The position numbers and the translations under genes are program-made. Below the pieces are notes generated by a model, which was given only the letters and a program-made list of their open reading frames with translations, did no database searches and was not told the origin of the DNA. Of a stretch of DNA of 64,000 bases, positions 38,821 through 52,021 are shown one piece after another. Each line of letters starts with the position of its first letter. The first letter of the stretch is position 1. This stretch comes from Negaprion brevirostris (taxonomy: Eukaryota): positions 118,553,169 through 118,617,168 of the forward strand of contig JARDVH010000025.1 in NCBI GenBank assembly GCA_030324005.1, given 5' to 3'.

Positions 38821-39276
38821 TTGAATTCAACATCTGCAGTATTATTCTTAAGTCAGTGTAGTCTTAGTGTACTTCAGCCCATGATGATGTGTTTTATTAC
38901 CCTAATTTTGCCCCCCTCCGGACATTACGTCACTTTCTCGATTCTTATCAATATGACTTGGGATCCTTCAGCGTTGCATATTTCACTGATGTGCTAACAT
39001 CCTCCATCATTGCAGATGTAGATATTTGTCGATTTTAGTCCACATGCTATATCCGTGGTGATCAATCACTGCTGAATCATGCATGATTGCCAGGTTTAAA
39101 GCAGTTTTTTTGGGGTTGTTAATACTCTATCTCACGCTTTGCCCTTTCTGTTTTTGACACAAAATGATCCTGTACTGAAGCTGCAGAAGATTGACAACAC
39201 ATTCCTAACAGAGTTGATGGTGGTCCTCACGTGCTCTGCTTTACTTCTTGTTAAATTTGTAGACATGATGTCCTAC

Positions 39277-39625
39277 TGGTATTGTCACTGGAGTAGTTAG
39301 TAATCCAGAGCCCCAGTAATCCAGGCTGAGGAGGCCCAGAATTGCAATTCCATGACGTGAGATGGTGAAATTTGAATTGAATGAAAACATGGAATTAAAA
39401 AGTATAATGACGACAAAAAAATTGCCGATTGTTGTTAAAAGGTCATATTGTTCAGTAACGTCGTTTTGAAAAGGAAATCTGGCGTTCTGACCTTGTATAG
39501 CCAGAAGTCACTCCAGATTCATAGCAACGTGATTGCACTGAAATGATAAGCCACATAGTTCAAGGACATTTAGGAGTGGAGAATAAATAATGACCCAGTC
39601 ATTGACGTCCATTTTCCCTTTTTTT
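39277..39625 (+). mobile_element. Second shark tRNA-SINE family copy
   Basis: ggtattgtcactgga..agtaatccagag, gatggtgaaatttgaatt, aaggaaatctg.cgt.ct.acct motifs. Confidence 0.65.
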
Positions 39626-40549
39626 TCTTTAAAGTCCCCAATCCCCTAATTTGAAGATAATGCTGACCTCTAAGATATGTCAGACATCAAGATTACAGAT
39701 TGTAGTTGATCATAACTCTGCTGCTGCGTCTCGTGTATGCACAGTTTTTAATTGCCAGAACTGCATAATATCCACCCATTTCGCACACAGCAAATGACAC
39801 ACAAATGTATGAATCCATCCTCACTGTGATGTCCTACTTCGATTCCTATTAAAACTGTCATGGATAGATGTACCTATGGCAAAGAGATTAATGAGGGTGA
39901 GGACAAATAGGTCTTCCCAACTCATCTATGTCATCAAGAACTGATACTAATGGTTGTGCCCTTCATGACTCGCCCAGTTCAGCCAGCAATGGTTATATCG
40001 AGCCACTTTTGCTGATGGTCATTAGTGATGAAACCTAAAAGACACTGTGGCCTCTTGCCACGGATTTTTTTCCACAAAATATGTTCAACATGGAGGATTA
40101 CTGATTAACCAGATGAGGTGATAGAGGAAGCTGTAGTAGTCTGCGGGTGATTACCTTGTCCTGATGAAACGTTCCTTCATTCATGAGAGAAAAGCAGATT
40201 TTTGTAGCTCTAAGATCCTGTTTCCAGAAGGTATACCATTGTGCAGTCACTGCTGATGAATCTATCCATTCGTAGTATATCATATCCGCAGTGATATTGA
40301 TGGCGGCCTCTGGAATATAGTCAGTTGTTTGTTAAAAAAAAGGTAAGAGTGAAATCATTAATTTGCTGATTGACTCGACAAAGAACCAGAATTCTTAGAC
40401 TTTGTCCAAGCTTCCAGATATTAGTAAAGCATATCTTTTGCGCTACCAATAGGGCTTAGCTTACTATCGTCGAGCCTGGTACAAATGTAAAATACGGTGG
40501 TCCATCCTGTTTTGTCACTTTCCTGATACAGCTGAACAACATTCGAGGG

Positions 40550-40820
40550 CAACCACGTTACTGTTGTTCTACTGTTTCATGCAGAGCCAACAGGTAAGGA
40601 TGGTAAACTCCGTTTATAAATGCCGTCAGTGGGACAAGATGTGTTTTAATGAATCAACAGTAGTTTTCTGGTCCCTCTTGATGTAACAAAATGTTGATTG
40701 CAGTTGTTATATTAACTCAGTTTAAATACCATAAGCTGCCATGATTGATCTCGAAGCCATTGTGCCAGCTTATTAGTCTTTCATTACCGGTCCAGCAACA
40801 TGACCACTTTTTCACCCCCT
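40550..40820 (-). mobile_element. Reverse, older copy of the same second SINE family
   Basis: caggtaaggatggtaaactcc, tttaaatacc..agctgccatg, ttacc.gtccag..acatgaccact. Confidence 0.5.
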
Positions 40821-41359
40821 AACCAACAGTAATATTTTCCTAGTATTAATCATTTTTCAACCCTGCAGAATATTTGAATGCCATCTCCTTCATCTAGAAC
40901 AGTGTGAAATATTAATCTGCTGAAATTTGGGATTTTTTAATATAAGGTTTTAATATCTCACTCTTCTCGCTCAGTCATTTCCTTTTTTTTGCATTCTGTT
41001 CTCTCTTTCTCATGTTCTGGACTTTCTCACATCTTTTCTCCTTCTTTCTACCCTTCAGCCCGGTGTCAATCTATTTCTATCCGTCTGTTTTTATTAACTC
41101 TTTCTCTACCTCCTGTTGTAATCAATTTTCCTTCCTGATTTCATTTTGTGCAACTTTCTGTGACACCCTGTCTCTACCTTCCCCCTCCCCATCTCTATCT
41201 TTGTCTCTCCCTCTGTCACAATTATTCTTTCTCTCTCACTATGAAGGTGCCACTCTGAACCTCCATGTGACTGCCTCAGGTTGCATGCCCTGCTGGGATT
41301 ATGAAATGAAGCTGGGGAAAACTGAGAAATTTTGGGCACTCTGAGTCATTGCATTCCTC

Positions 41360-42261
41360 TCAGCCCCTAATGCATTGTAGAACTTTAGTAATGGGGTATT
41401 TGAGCATACTCTTCAAATGCTGTCTGAATTTATTCTGTGTCACTGCGTAAATAACTGTGTTTGTACAACAACTCAGAAGCTGCATCATGAAGGCCAAGTC
41501 ATAAACGAAATCATCTATCCAGATAGTCTCAAACCCCAACCAATCCATCCGGCTGTGTATCGAACAAACCATTATCAAAGACCATAACATGAAGAAATTT
41601 CCTGAGATAACAAATAGTAAAATGATGGATTTTCTTCGGCTTTCCATCTCTTGATCCCTGGTGCTCTCCCCACTGATGTGAGCTTGGAGCCTCCTGCGCG
41701 CTCTGCTGTTCACAACAATGTGTCGAACGGTGAAAATATTCAACAGCAAAATCAGGAGAAATGCAACTCCTGGGGTTATAATGTGATGGAGAAACTCGAT
41801 TCCTGTCCACACAGGCGAATGCAGAACATCGAATGAATAATCACAAAACAAGGGGTCATTCCACAGCATATACCCGCCATTTAACATAAAGTACCAGAAC
41901 AAGTTCTTTAGACAGCTCAGCACAGAGACGGTTCCCAGAACGATGACCACGGNNNNNNNNNNNNNNNNNNNNNNNNNNNNNNNNNNNNNNNNNNTGGCCA
42001 CACACCTATCAAAGGTGAAGGCAACGGTAAACCAGACAGAACAGTCAGCGGCTGCATAAAGCAGCACAGCATGGATATTACATACGCTGCTGGTTAGCAG
42101 GAACTGAAAACTCTCTTCATATACAATCGGAATGTGTCTCAAAATCACGTCGAGTATAATGACCAGTAGATCTGCTCCTGCCATCGCTATCAGGTAATGA
42201 GTGACACATTTGGAGAGGCCACAGTTTTTGCTCTTGAGGATCACAATCGTGACTATGTTCA
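41360..42261 (-). CDS. GPR139-like class A GPCR gene E, coding exon 2 (42-nt N gap at 41953-41994)
   Basis: Acceptor ttccttccactcctcacAG at 42262; VNIVTIVILKSKNCGLSKC..AMAGADLL..DCSVWFTVAFTFDRCVA..DQEMESRRKSIILLF..SCCTNTVIYAVTQNKFRQ; gap length matches the missing ICL2 length of paralogues. Confidence 0.88.
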
Positions 42262-42956
42262 CTGTGAGGAGTGGAAGGAAACAATTAACTAATAATCCAG
42301 AATCCTGGAAAAAGGATCAATTTTCATGAATAATTGGTATCATTCCGCAATGTGCTGCAGCACTCCGTGGTGTAATGAAATGCATGCATCACAAGAACAA
42401 CCTAGAAGATCTGCAAAACAGCAAATGGAAGACAAGACTGTATAAGCAAAGCTGAAAGCTGGGATGGGAGGTGTTATGGGATAGCTGAAGGGTATGCAAG
42501 AGCTAATGATCTCAGTTAGAATCAAGAGGTGAAAGTTGTGTTACAGACAGAGGAGAGATGTGTAATTGCCCCCACTTCCGCACTCACTGCAACATATCTT
42601 TCTGCAAAGAGTTAACTTAAATCCCCCCAGTGTTTTTGTTTTTAAGTATAATAAAAAGAGTTGTTTTCCTTTAAATAAAAAAAGGAAAGTAGACATATAT
42701 TTATTAGAAAACATCAAATGCATGGCTTAGAGATCACTCGCTCCTCTGCACTCAATCACATTCTTTTTTTTTAATGTAATATGTGCTTCACTTAATCACA
42801 GTGCAGTCCATCAACGGGTCACTTATTTACCCACCTGAGCTGATGTTCAATCAGTCCAAAGTTCTGATAGCTGTCATTGTTGTTTCTTGAAGAAAGTTCA
42901 TGTTTCTTATTTTGGTCCCTTAGTACTGATTGCCATTGAGCCAGCGGAGTGAACTG

Positions 42957-43250
42957 GGCAGCAAGGTAGCACAATGGTTAGCAATGCTGTTTCATAGCAC
43001 CAGGGACGAAGATTCCATTCCCAGCTTGGATCATGTCCTGTCTGTGTAGAATTTGCACGTTCTCCCCATTCAACTGGGTTTCCTCCGGATACTCCGGATT
43101 CCTCTCACCGTCTGACAGATGTGCTGGTTATGCACATTGGCCATGTTAAATTCTCCCTCATTGTACCCGAACCGGCGCCGGAGTGTGGGGACAGGGGAAT
43201 TTTCACATTGACCTTATTACCGTGTAAGGCTACGTGTGATTACAATGACA
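42957..43250 (+). mobile_element. HE1-type SINE
   Basis: ggcagcaaggtagcacaatggttagca head; gtacccgaaccggcgccggagtgtgg tail. Confidence 0.85.
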
Positions 43251-43989
43251 CTCTGAAGAGTAACGGCTGTTACATCATATTAACCTCTTCCATTGACTCT
43301 TATTTGGAAATAATTACCTTTTTTTGCTGGAGTGTTATCTATTGCCTCAGAATCTCCTTTATTTCCTCCATTAACTGAATTCTAACATTTCTAAAAAACA
43401 TACCAGATTAGAGAATGCAAATCGTGAAAAATGACCTGAGTTCCAAGTTCAGGTGACAATACTTCCATCACCAGATGACAATCTTTCCTCCTCGATAGTG
43501 CCGGTTCTCCATTGTGTACACCTTTTCAATATGCAGTCACCGAATCACTCCTTGCACAAAGAGACTGTCAAAAAAGGATCAAGGTGTCATTGTGATCCCA
43601 CAATGTGCTGACAGGAAGAAGAAGCAGGAGTGATGTAAGAGCCACAAGTGAAGGCGGGAGCTGGGTGACACTTACCTTCAATACCCCAGGCACAGAGAAG
43701 CAAGGTATTTGTGCACGCATTTTTGCAGAAGGCAGATAAACGACACATCCACTCCTGTGGATGCAGCTTTTACATTGATTCACCGACTTTCACTTCCCAA
43801 TTAAACATGGAGGAAGTGAGTAGCAGGCAGGGTATTCCAGACTGCCCCCATTCTCTGGGTTAAAGATGTTTTTCGCCACATTACCCCTAAACCTAATGTC
43901 CCTCACTGTGAACCTTTCTCTCCTCACCTGACCTAATTAGCATGCTCCCACTTACCGATTTGTTTTGAGCACGTTACCAAGTGTGTGGA

Positions 43990-44540
43990 AACGGTCGTGC
44001 CGTTCATATAGTTCACACGGATTTCAATAAAGACTTTGACAAAGCCCCACATGGAATATTTATTAAGAAGGCTAATGCACATGAGATGCAGGGTAATCTG
44101 ACAAGGTGGACTCCAAATTGGCTTAGCGGTAGGTGACAGACTATGGTGACAAACGGTTGCTTTAGTAACTGGAGGCCATTGACCAGTGGCGCACCCCAGG
44201 GATCCGTGCTGGGCCCCCTATTTTTCGTCATTTGTATAAATGGCGTGGATTAAACGCTGGGAGCAGGAGGTTTAGGGGGCCATTTGCGGATTTTGTTTTA
44301 TACTCACAGAACGTTCACGGTCTGGAATGTACTGCCTGGGATGGGTGGTAGAGGCAGGAAGCCTGACATCCTTTTAAAAAAGTACCTGGATGAATACTTC
44401 GCGCAACGAAGCATTAAAGGCTATGGGCCATAAGATGGCATGTGGGATTATATGGGCAGAACAGGACATGTCAAGCATCGGTGCAGACTCGATGGGCCGA
44501 AGGGTTTCTTCTGCACTGTGGTATTCTGTGATTCTGTGAT
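43990..44540 (+). mobile_element. CR1 LINE fragment with internal deletion and 3' tail
   Basis: [32 protein letters not shown], then 3' UTR ggtgcagactcgatgggccgaaggg..(attctgtg)n. Confidence 0.8.
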
Positions 44541-44929
44541 ACTCGTTTCTATGCTCCACACACTCCAGCTCCTCCTCAAGACTGATGGTTGCCACATCTG
44601 ATCACCATCTAATATCTCGCAACTCCCACCAACAGTCTCTATATTTCTGTCATTGCACGAGAAAAACATCCATCAAAATTGTGAGCCGGCAAAACCAGCT
44701 GGAGACATGCCAGAGCTCTCAATCCTCACACCATTTTAGGAGTGAACCCCGAAGCTTGCTCGGGAGGATTAAAATCCCGCCTGCACTTCTGGTGAATTGG
44801 AAGGAACAGTCAAACGTCAGAAGCGTCAAGATATGTTTTCACTAATCAAGTCTCCAGTGTTCCTTCCTTTACCTCATGTGATGGATTGATGACATCTCAC
44901 TTCTCTTCCAGGCAAAATGCGTATCGTCC

Positions 44930-45900
44930 TCATCCCCCTCACCTATTGAACACGAGCAGCTCTGTGGGAGACTTTTCAATGCCCAACGAGGAATAGGCGT
45001 CACAACCGTCACCCACACCTGGCACTGGCATAGATGCTCCCACCACGGTGGATTCATTAAGTAGACAGACTGCTGCGTCACTCACCGGCGAACACCTCAC
45101 AGCTGAAGATCTACAGCAGATCGAGGTAAGGAGGTCGCAGGGAGACGGCATTTAAAGTTATGTCGGATGTCAGGAATCTGCTGGGTCCCTGTCCCTGATG
45201 ATGTTCCCTTGGGTATGGCCATCCTAGAACTGCTGGAGCTGCAAAGGCAAGGCCACGAGCAACAGGAGGGGATGACAGTTTTCCTCCTCAAACTCAAGGT
45301 TGGCTAGAAGATTCATATCGCCTTCTTTACGGGCAGAGTGTGCAATCACTGCAGTGCAGCTGGGCCAAAACAGCGAGGTTAGTGTCAGCAGCGGCAATCT
45401 TGCCACAAGGCATGCACTGCATGGCAGATGTTCACAGCATGGTTCACCTCATGGCGTCCATACCTGACGGCTTCAACTGCATGGTGCAGGCATTAGTGGA
45501 AATCCATGGTGTCTGCATCAGAGTATGGTGGGGCTTCTGGACTTCACTTCAGTAGTTCCTCTCTGACATGGAGGAGCGTTGGGCCGATCGAGCATGGAGA
45601 CGGAGACGGATCGTGTTGGCCCTCCAGCTGAGACGCTGAGGCTACGCAACGTAATTAAGTTCCACTTCTTGTGAGGAAAACAATTCCAGCCCCACACACC
45701 GATGGGTGCAGCATTAAAACACCCAGGCTGCCCAAAGGCAGCCCAGAGAACTCAAGTTTCCGACCTCCCAGATTACGTCTGCCGATGTAATCTCAGACAA
45801 CAGGGAGTATAAAACAGCCGCCCTCCTTAAACTCAGCTGAAGGTCCTCGGGAAGCAGCTGGACATACAGGGAGGGTGAGCAAGATTAAGATGTGATAGAC
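44930..45900 (+). mobile_element. Decayed ORF resembling the accessory (Myb/SANT-type) ORF of PIF/Harbinger-like elements in sharks
   Basis: ASQPSPTPGTGIDAPTTVDS..TGEHLTAEDLQQIEV and AILELLELQRQGHEQQEGM pieces with stops; assignment from recollection of a repetitive shark protein family. Confidence 0.4.
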
Positions 45901-46330
45901 GCCTTAATAAAAAGTTTGAAATCGGATACAAGTGTTCGAAAGGTCAACACTGCATATAGTAACAAATAATAAACGACTCTGTTCACACACTGTCATCCCA
46001 CGCTCAGCTGACCCACGCACACTTGTGAAGTGTGCGAATGGCTGCGCTATGTCTCTCCTATACCGATGACGGAGGGAAGAGCCCTGCTGCAGGAAAACAA
46101 CCTCCCCCTCCCCCACCATCACCACATCACCACCACCCTCCCCCACCCCACCCCCCACCCCCAACACACACACACACACACACACAAACTGTCCACCTTC
46201 CTGAGAGCCATTCATAGAATGCGCAACTACNNNNNNNNNNNNNNNNNNNNNNNNNNNNNNNNNNNNNNNNNNNNNNNNNNNNNNNNNNNNNNNNNNNNNN
46301 NNNNNNNNNNNNNNNNNNNNNNNNNNNNNN

Positions 46331-46845
46331 ATGCCATCATCTCACGTGAGAGCACCATCCACCAGGTACACGGTACATAGCCTTGCAACTCAGCCAATGT
46401 TGGCTACCTGATACACTGCATGAAAGGATATCCCGGGTGCATTGGGAAAGCCATGCAGATGCTATGATAACGGACGAATGAACACCGCTCGATAATGATT
46501 AGGCAAGAGTGTTCTCTTCCTGTTGAGAAATACTTCAGCAGTCACGGGCATTCAGCCTCTGGTCTTCGGGTCAGCGTTCTCCAAGGCGGCCTTCACGACA
46601 CAGGACAACGCAGAATCACTGAGCGGAAACTGATAGCCAAGTTCCGCTCACAGGAGGACGGCCTCAACTGGGTTCATGTCACACTATCTGTCACCCACAC
46701 AACTTGCCTGGGCTTGCAACATGTCACTAACTGTCCTGGCTGGAGACAATACACAACTCTTTAACCTGTGCTTAACCCTCTCCCCATTCACATTGTATAT
46801 TCAAGACGTGATTACCTGTTAGTCCTCGCATTCCAACCATTGGAA
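46331..46845 (+). mobile_element. Penelope-like element, GIY-YIG endonuclease remnant and 3' region
   Basis: CNSANVGYLIHC..CIGKAMQML**RTNEHRS..SLPVEKYFSSHGHS..RRITERKLIAKFRSQEDGLN. Confidence 0.85.
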
Positions 46846-49334
46846 TGGTCAAAACTAATCAATAGAAATACTATCTCAACTGGTTCAGTAACTATGCGCT
46901 GAAAGAGTAAAAACACCATCGTGAGTGCAAAGGAATTGTGAAAGAGCCCTAACGTTCATTACTCTGTGCATCTGTCATTTTCATCTAGGTTCTTCACATT
47001 ATCTGCCTGAATGTCTGCCCTCCCTCAAGGCTCCCCCTCTGACATATCCCATGCAGCTTTCTCTGTCCTCCAGCAGGATGAAGAGTTCGAACCTCAGTTT
47101 CCTCATTGCGGCTGATTCGCATGTTCAGCACCGACCCTTCTCTCACACTCCCAAGTCAAAAAAAAACATAAGCCCCGACCTTGTGTAGCGACAGAATGCA
47201 TTAGAGAAGGTACTTGACAAGAAGATCTTATCATGACCGGGCGTGTCAAAATTGTACCAGTCGTGGTATTGAATAGGTTGACTGGGGCCACTTATCGCCA
47301 TTCTACCTTTTCCAAGGATTCCTCACAGAGAGACTTGTGTACTGATAAGTTTTGAGTTGATAAGTGTGTCTACATTATTGGGGTTTGGTGTTTCAGATAG
47401 TTAGCCTTTGTCCTTAGAGTGTGCTGTAGCTCTCGATGTTAAACTGGCACACTGGACCCTCAAAGATTCATCCATTAGTCGTTCTGGCAACCGCATTACG
47501 TCGACATAACACCGCTGATTTTCTGAGGTTTTCAATTAGCTTTTGATGCAATTCCATAGAGGGCAGCCTAATTATTCCGAGCTGTCAATGCTTTGCAGTC
47601 AACTAGCTTTACGAGAGAGAAATCAACATTCTCACTGCTGGACCTGAGTTAAGCTTTTGAGAGAAGTGGACTTGAACTAGTTGCACATTATGCCTCTCCA
47701 GCCGAACACCATTGACAGAATGGAGGTTACATCTTACACTGCATATGCCCTTCCGAAAGTGAGAGAATCTTTATGCATGATAAAGCAAGGTTGCTCCCCA
47801 TCACTGAAACTCCCCAATTGTCCTTTTGCCAGGCCTCTCTCAAAGCAGGGCAAAGGGCCACATATGTTCACCCAGTTATGTCACTCTACATCCAGTTTGC
47901 TTTTCCAAAATTGAATGGCGCTCGGAGATCTTGTTTTAACACAAATCCAGTATGGAGGAATCGGGTTTTTCAGCTGGTACATATCTTCAGAGCAAGTGGT
48001 GGGCTAAATTAAAGGGAAGGCAAGGCCTCACAAACACCCCCTTCCTCCATGGTGATAGTGACCCTCAGATCCAGGCCCGAAGATGTGCTTGTGTGTGTCC
48101 CCAGTATGCTCCCTCATGCTTGTACGTTGTGCTGCTAGGGAACTAATGGCTGCCTAAGTGCTCACTTCCGATATCCTCTTGGAGGTGAAGGTGTCAGGTT
48201 GACCCTTGTGTAGAGCTGTTGTAAACGGCACTGATACGATGGTCACAGGCACCAGCTGAATAGTCGGTGTAGGCTCAATGCAGGGTGTGACTGATAGCTA
48301 ATGATATGCTATTGCATTCAAAAATGTTTTGTGCCCGTCCCCGGTGTGTTCCACATTATTCAACAGCGAGGTTATCTCAAAATTGGAAAACACCATCTCG
48401 CTTGCGAGCAATATGCTTTTCCGACCTCTCCACACTGTGTGCCATTTCACCGATGGTGAACATGGTGACAAGATCCTGCCCGTAGATGTTGTCCTTTTAA
48501 CAGGAGCAGCGATGCTGGAAATTTGAATTAGATATTGATGTACACAGATCACTCTCTATCCCAAGCATGCACAACCGCCGACGTCACTTCCTCGCATCGT
48601 CACGCCTCTCTCATGTTTGTACACACTCCCTCGCACACATTCACCTCGGCTCCTTTGGCACACCCTCATGTTTATTTTACGTACAAAAACAGAGATACAT
48701 AGAAATTGCTCACCCACAAACTCACCTAGTTCCTCACACAAACATCATTCATTTTTAAGAAAACAAAGATTATTTCAAATGACATATTTATATTGCTAAA
48801 ATTTCTAAATAATATAGAATTTCATGTGGTTCTCAAGTGGTGTTTCTCTGGAAGAAAGGATAAAGCTTATAGTTAGATTCATAGTGGACAACAGTGAATG
48901 CAAGCATGGAGGTGGCTGGTTTCAAAGGGCTATGGCGTGAAGCGAAAATAAAGTAGGAATAGTTACCTAGCAAATGGGAGCCTTACAAGGTGGAAATTGT
49001 AAGTTTTAGTTTTAGCTACATGCATTGCAGCTGAAAAAGAACAGCAGGAATCGATCGTCTCTCAACTCTGCCAGAAGGAAGAATGAACAGAAAGGGAGCT
49101 GCAAAAGTTTTCCAAATATCCTAGTACGCCCAGATAACCAAGAAACTGGAATAGAAAATATGTCTTAACGTGACTGAAGGTAAGAGGACAAACATCAAGG
49201 TACCTTCCTGAAGAATTCAAGGTAAAACAAATGAGTTTCTTGCTTTGAAGACACAACGGCATTAACGACACTCAAGAAAAAAGAGAAAGCAGTTTCCAGT
49301 GGTAAGTCAAATGTTTGATACCATTTTAGTTGAC

Positions 49335-49535
49335 AAAATCAAAATATCGCCGATGCTGGAATATGAAACAGAAACAGAAAATGCCGGAAAATCTCAGCAG
49401 ATTTCACAGCTTCCGTGAAGAGAGAATAGAGCCAACATTTTATGCCAGAAATGTCCCTACTCGAATCGTTGGCTCTATTCTCGCTGCACAGATGCATTGG
49501 ACTTGCTGAGATTTTCCAGCATGTTCCTCAATTTT
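49335..49535. mobile_element. Fold-back element made of two inverted Penelope pLTR-derived arms
   Basis: ggaaaatctcagcag...gagaatagagccaac (to 49436) versus gttggctctattctc...ttgctgagattttcc (from 49468). Confidence 0.7.
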
Positions 49536-50379
49536 TAAAGAGTCTGGGTATCGAGAGTTAAAACAATTGTGAATGGTCTGTACAGCAATCAAGGGACGTG
49601 AATCCTGAAAAGGTTGGTTTAATACCCGTATATCTGTTACCAGAAGTGGAACAGAAGCTATGTTTAAAAAGAATGAAAACCTAGACTGAAGTTTGGAATG
49701 AAATTCCGAATGGAATTCAGTTTTCTCAATGAATTTTTGAAGAGTGTTTTCAGGAGCGAAGCGTGACAATTCCCATCTCACAATAATCTGGGGGGCATTC
49801 TGAGGAGAAGTTCACACACACTAACTTGGGGTCAGTGCAGAGAGTGTGTAATCGACCTCAACCAATCTGTATTATTAAAGAGATTTTTGTGTGGACGTGT
49901 GAACGGGAGAAATGAAGTCTAAAATGTATTTTTATTATCCGTATTAATCATGAAATCTGTCTAAATGCTGCGTCGGCAGAGTAAGGAACATTATTTCATA
50001 GTCCAATTATTTCAGATAACACAAGTTTGTTTTCTGATGGTTAAAGCTAATCACCGGTCCTACGAATCTCTTACTCCACGTTTTATAAAGGAAAGTACAA
50101 GTGACGGTTTTTTTTGCGCCAGTGTTCGATTCTGGGCTCCTTCCAGCCAGTTATAACATCAACTGTGATCATAGAATCACAGAAACTTAGAATCACAGAA
50201 ACGCTACAGTGCAGAAGGAGCCTAATTCAGCACATCGGACCTGTACCGGAATCAATCCCACCAAGGTCCTATCCCCTTAACTCAACGAATTTATCCTGCT
50301 CGTCTCTCCAACATTAAGTGGCAAATCGAAATTACCTTGCAACCTAACTCTTACATCTTTGGATCGAAAAACATGAACA

Positions 50380-51770
50380 CGCAGAACACACACCCCCAAT
50401 CTCGTACGCAAACTGACTTTTTCTCTCACACTCAATGACCTGTCTCATACACACGGGCATCACTCCCTCAAAAATATGCAGTTACCTCGATGTCTCACAC
50501 AAACTCAAGCTTCTTGGCATAAAATCATCACTTTTTCACACACACGTTTATTCACACACGCACACCCGTCCTAACACAATCAGAAACGCACTAACAAACT
50601 ACATAGAAATATATACACGCATACACACACACGGACGCATCTCTCTCTCACACACACGCATCTCTCACACACAACGTACTCATCCTGACATGCAAAAACT
50701 CATTATCACACACATTGTGACACACACACGCGCATTGATCCTCACATTGACATACTCTTCCTCACACGCACTTATCTTCATCAACACACCCATTCTCACA
50801 CATACAAACATTCATCCTCTCACATGCATTCACTCATCCTCACAAACAAACCTTCATCCTCACACAGGCTCATCATCAGCACTCATCCAAAACATGCGTA
50901 GAAACATCCTCACACACACGTACACACTTATCCTCACAGAGAAATTCTTCCACACATGCTAACACTCATCCACACACGCACATTCACCCACAGTCATCCT
51001 GTCATTTTCCCTCTTTCATACCGACAGTCTTCCTCGCATGCACACATGCACTCATCGTCAAAATCACACAGCACACCAATGCACATTTTCAACTGTGCAT
51101 GTTTATCCCCATATGCACAAACTCCCGATTAGACACTTTCAGAAGCACAAAACCACACATGTTTTCTCTCTCAAACATACACACTTACAGTCATATGCAA
51201 ACACATATATCTTCACACAGGTACGCTCATCCCTGCAAGTACACAGACAATCCTGTCTCATGCAAGTGCACTTAGCGTCACACAAAAACTCTCATTCTCT
51301 CTCTCTCTCTCTCACACACACACTCATCGACACGCACTCATCCTCACACTTACACACACATCGTCACACACAGGCACATTCATCCTCACTGATTAAACCC
51401 TCCTCTCATACAAACACCCATCGTTACAGAGACAAACACTCATCCATCTGTGCTTGCAGATATACAATCGTCCTCAATCTTTCTCCATCAACACACACAC
51501 ACACACACACGCACACACACAACTTCCTCACACTCACGTTCATTTATCATCTAAGAATCTCAAAGTCGCAATCATTGTTCTGAGACACAACCTCATCCAC
51601 ACACAGTGCATTCATCTTCATAAACATTCATCTCATACATGCATACTCATCCTCTCACACAGGCATACACACACACATTATCACACAGACACACACCCTC
51701 AGATTGTCTCGCTCGCACACATTCCATCCTCACACAGAAATCACGTTCAGACACATACACAAATACTAAA
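50380..51770. repeat. Long CA-rich low-complexity tract (ctcatcctcacaca-like units)
   Basis: Degenerate (CA)n and catcctcaca repeats; source of the spurious His/Thr-rich ORFs. Confidence 0.85.
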
Positions 51771-51771
51771 C

Positions 51772-52021
51772 CGGTAGACAGAGGGGAACCTGTGGATGTG
51801 GTGTTTCTGCGGTAGACAGAGGGGAACCGGTGGATGTGGGGTTTCTCGATTTTCAAAAGGTGTTTGACAAGGTGCTGCACAAAAGGTTGCTTCAGAAGGA
51901 TAAGGGGCATGGAGTTGGGGGTAAGGTATTAGCGTGGATAGAGGATTGGTTGTCTAATAGGAGACAGAGAGTTGGTATCAATGGGTGCTATTCTGATTGG
52001 CAGTTGGTGACTAGTGGAGTG
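51772..52021 (+). mobile_element. CR1 LINE RT fragment (runs into N gap), 38-bp tandem duplication at its 5' end
   Basis: VDRGEPVDVGFLDFQKVFDKVLHKRLL..WIEDWLSNRRQRVGING..TSGVLQGSVL. Confidence 0.9.

Noticed and set aside
45070-45110. GGTGTTCGCCG|GTGAGT on the minus strand as alternative exon 1 donor for gene E
   Set aside because: Lies antisense within a transposon relic and lacks the YY(P)xL TM1 motif
47200-48300. Possible old LINE on the minus strand (FNFGKANW motif)
   Set aside because: Single short motif only; insufficient to define boundaries or family
50435-51777. Long His/Thr-rich ORFs (175, 181, 107 aa)
   Set aside because: Translations of CA-rich low-complexity DNA that lacks stops; no domain structure
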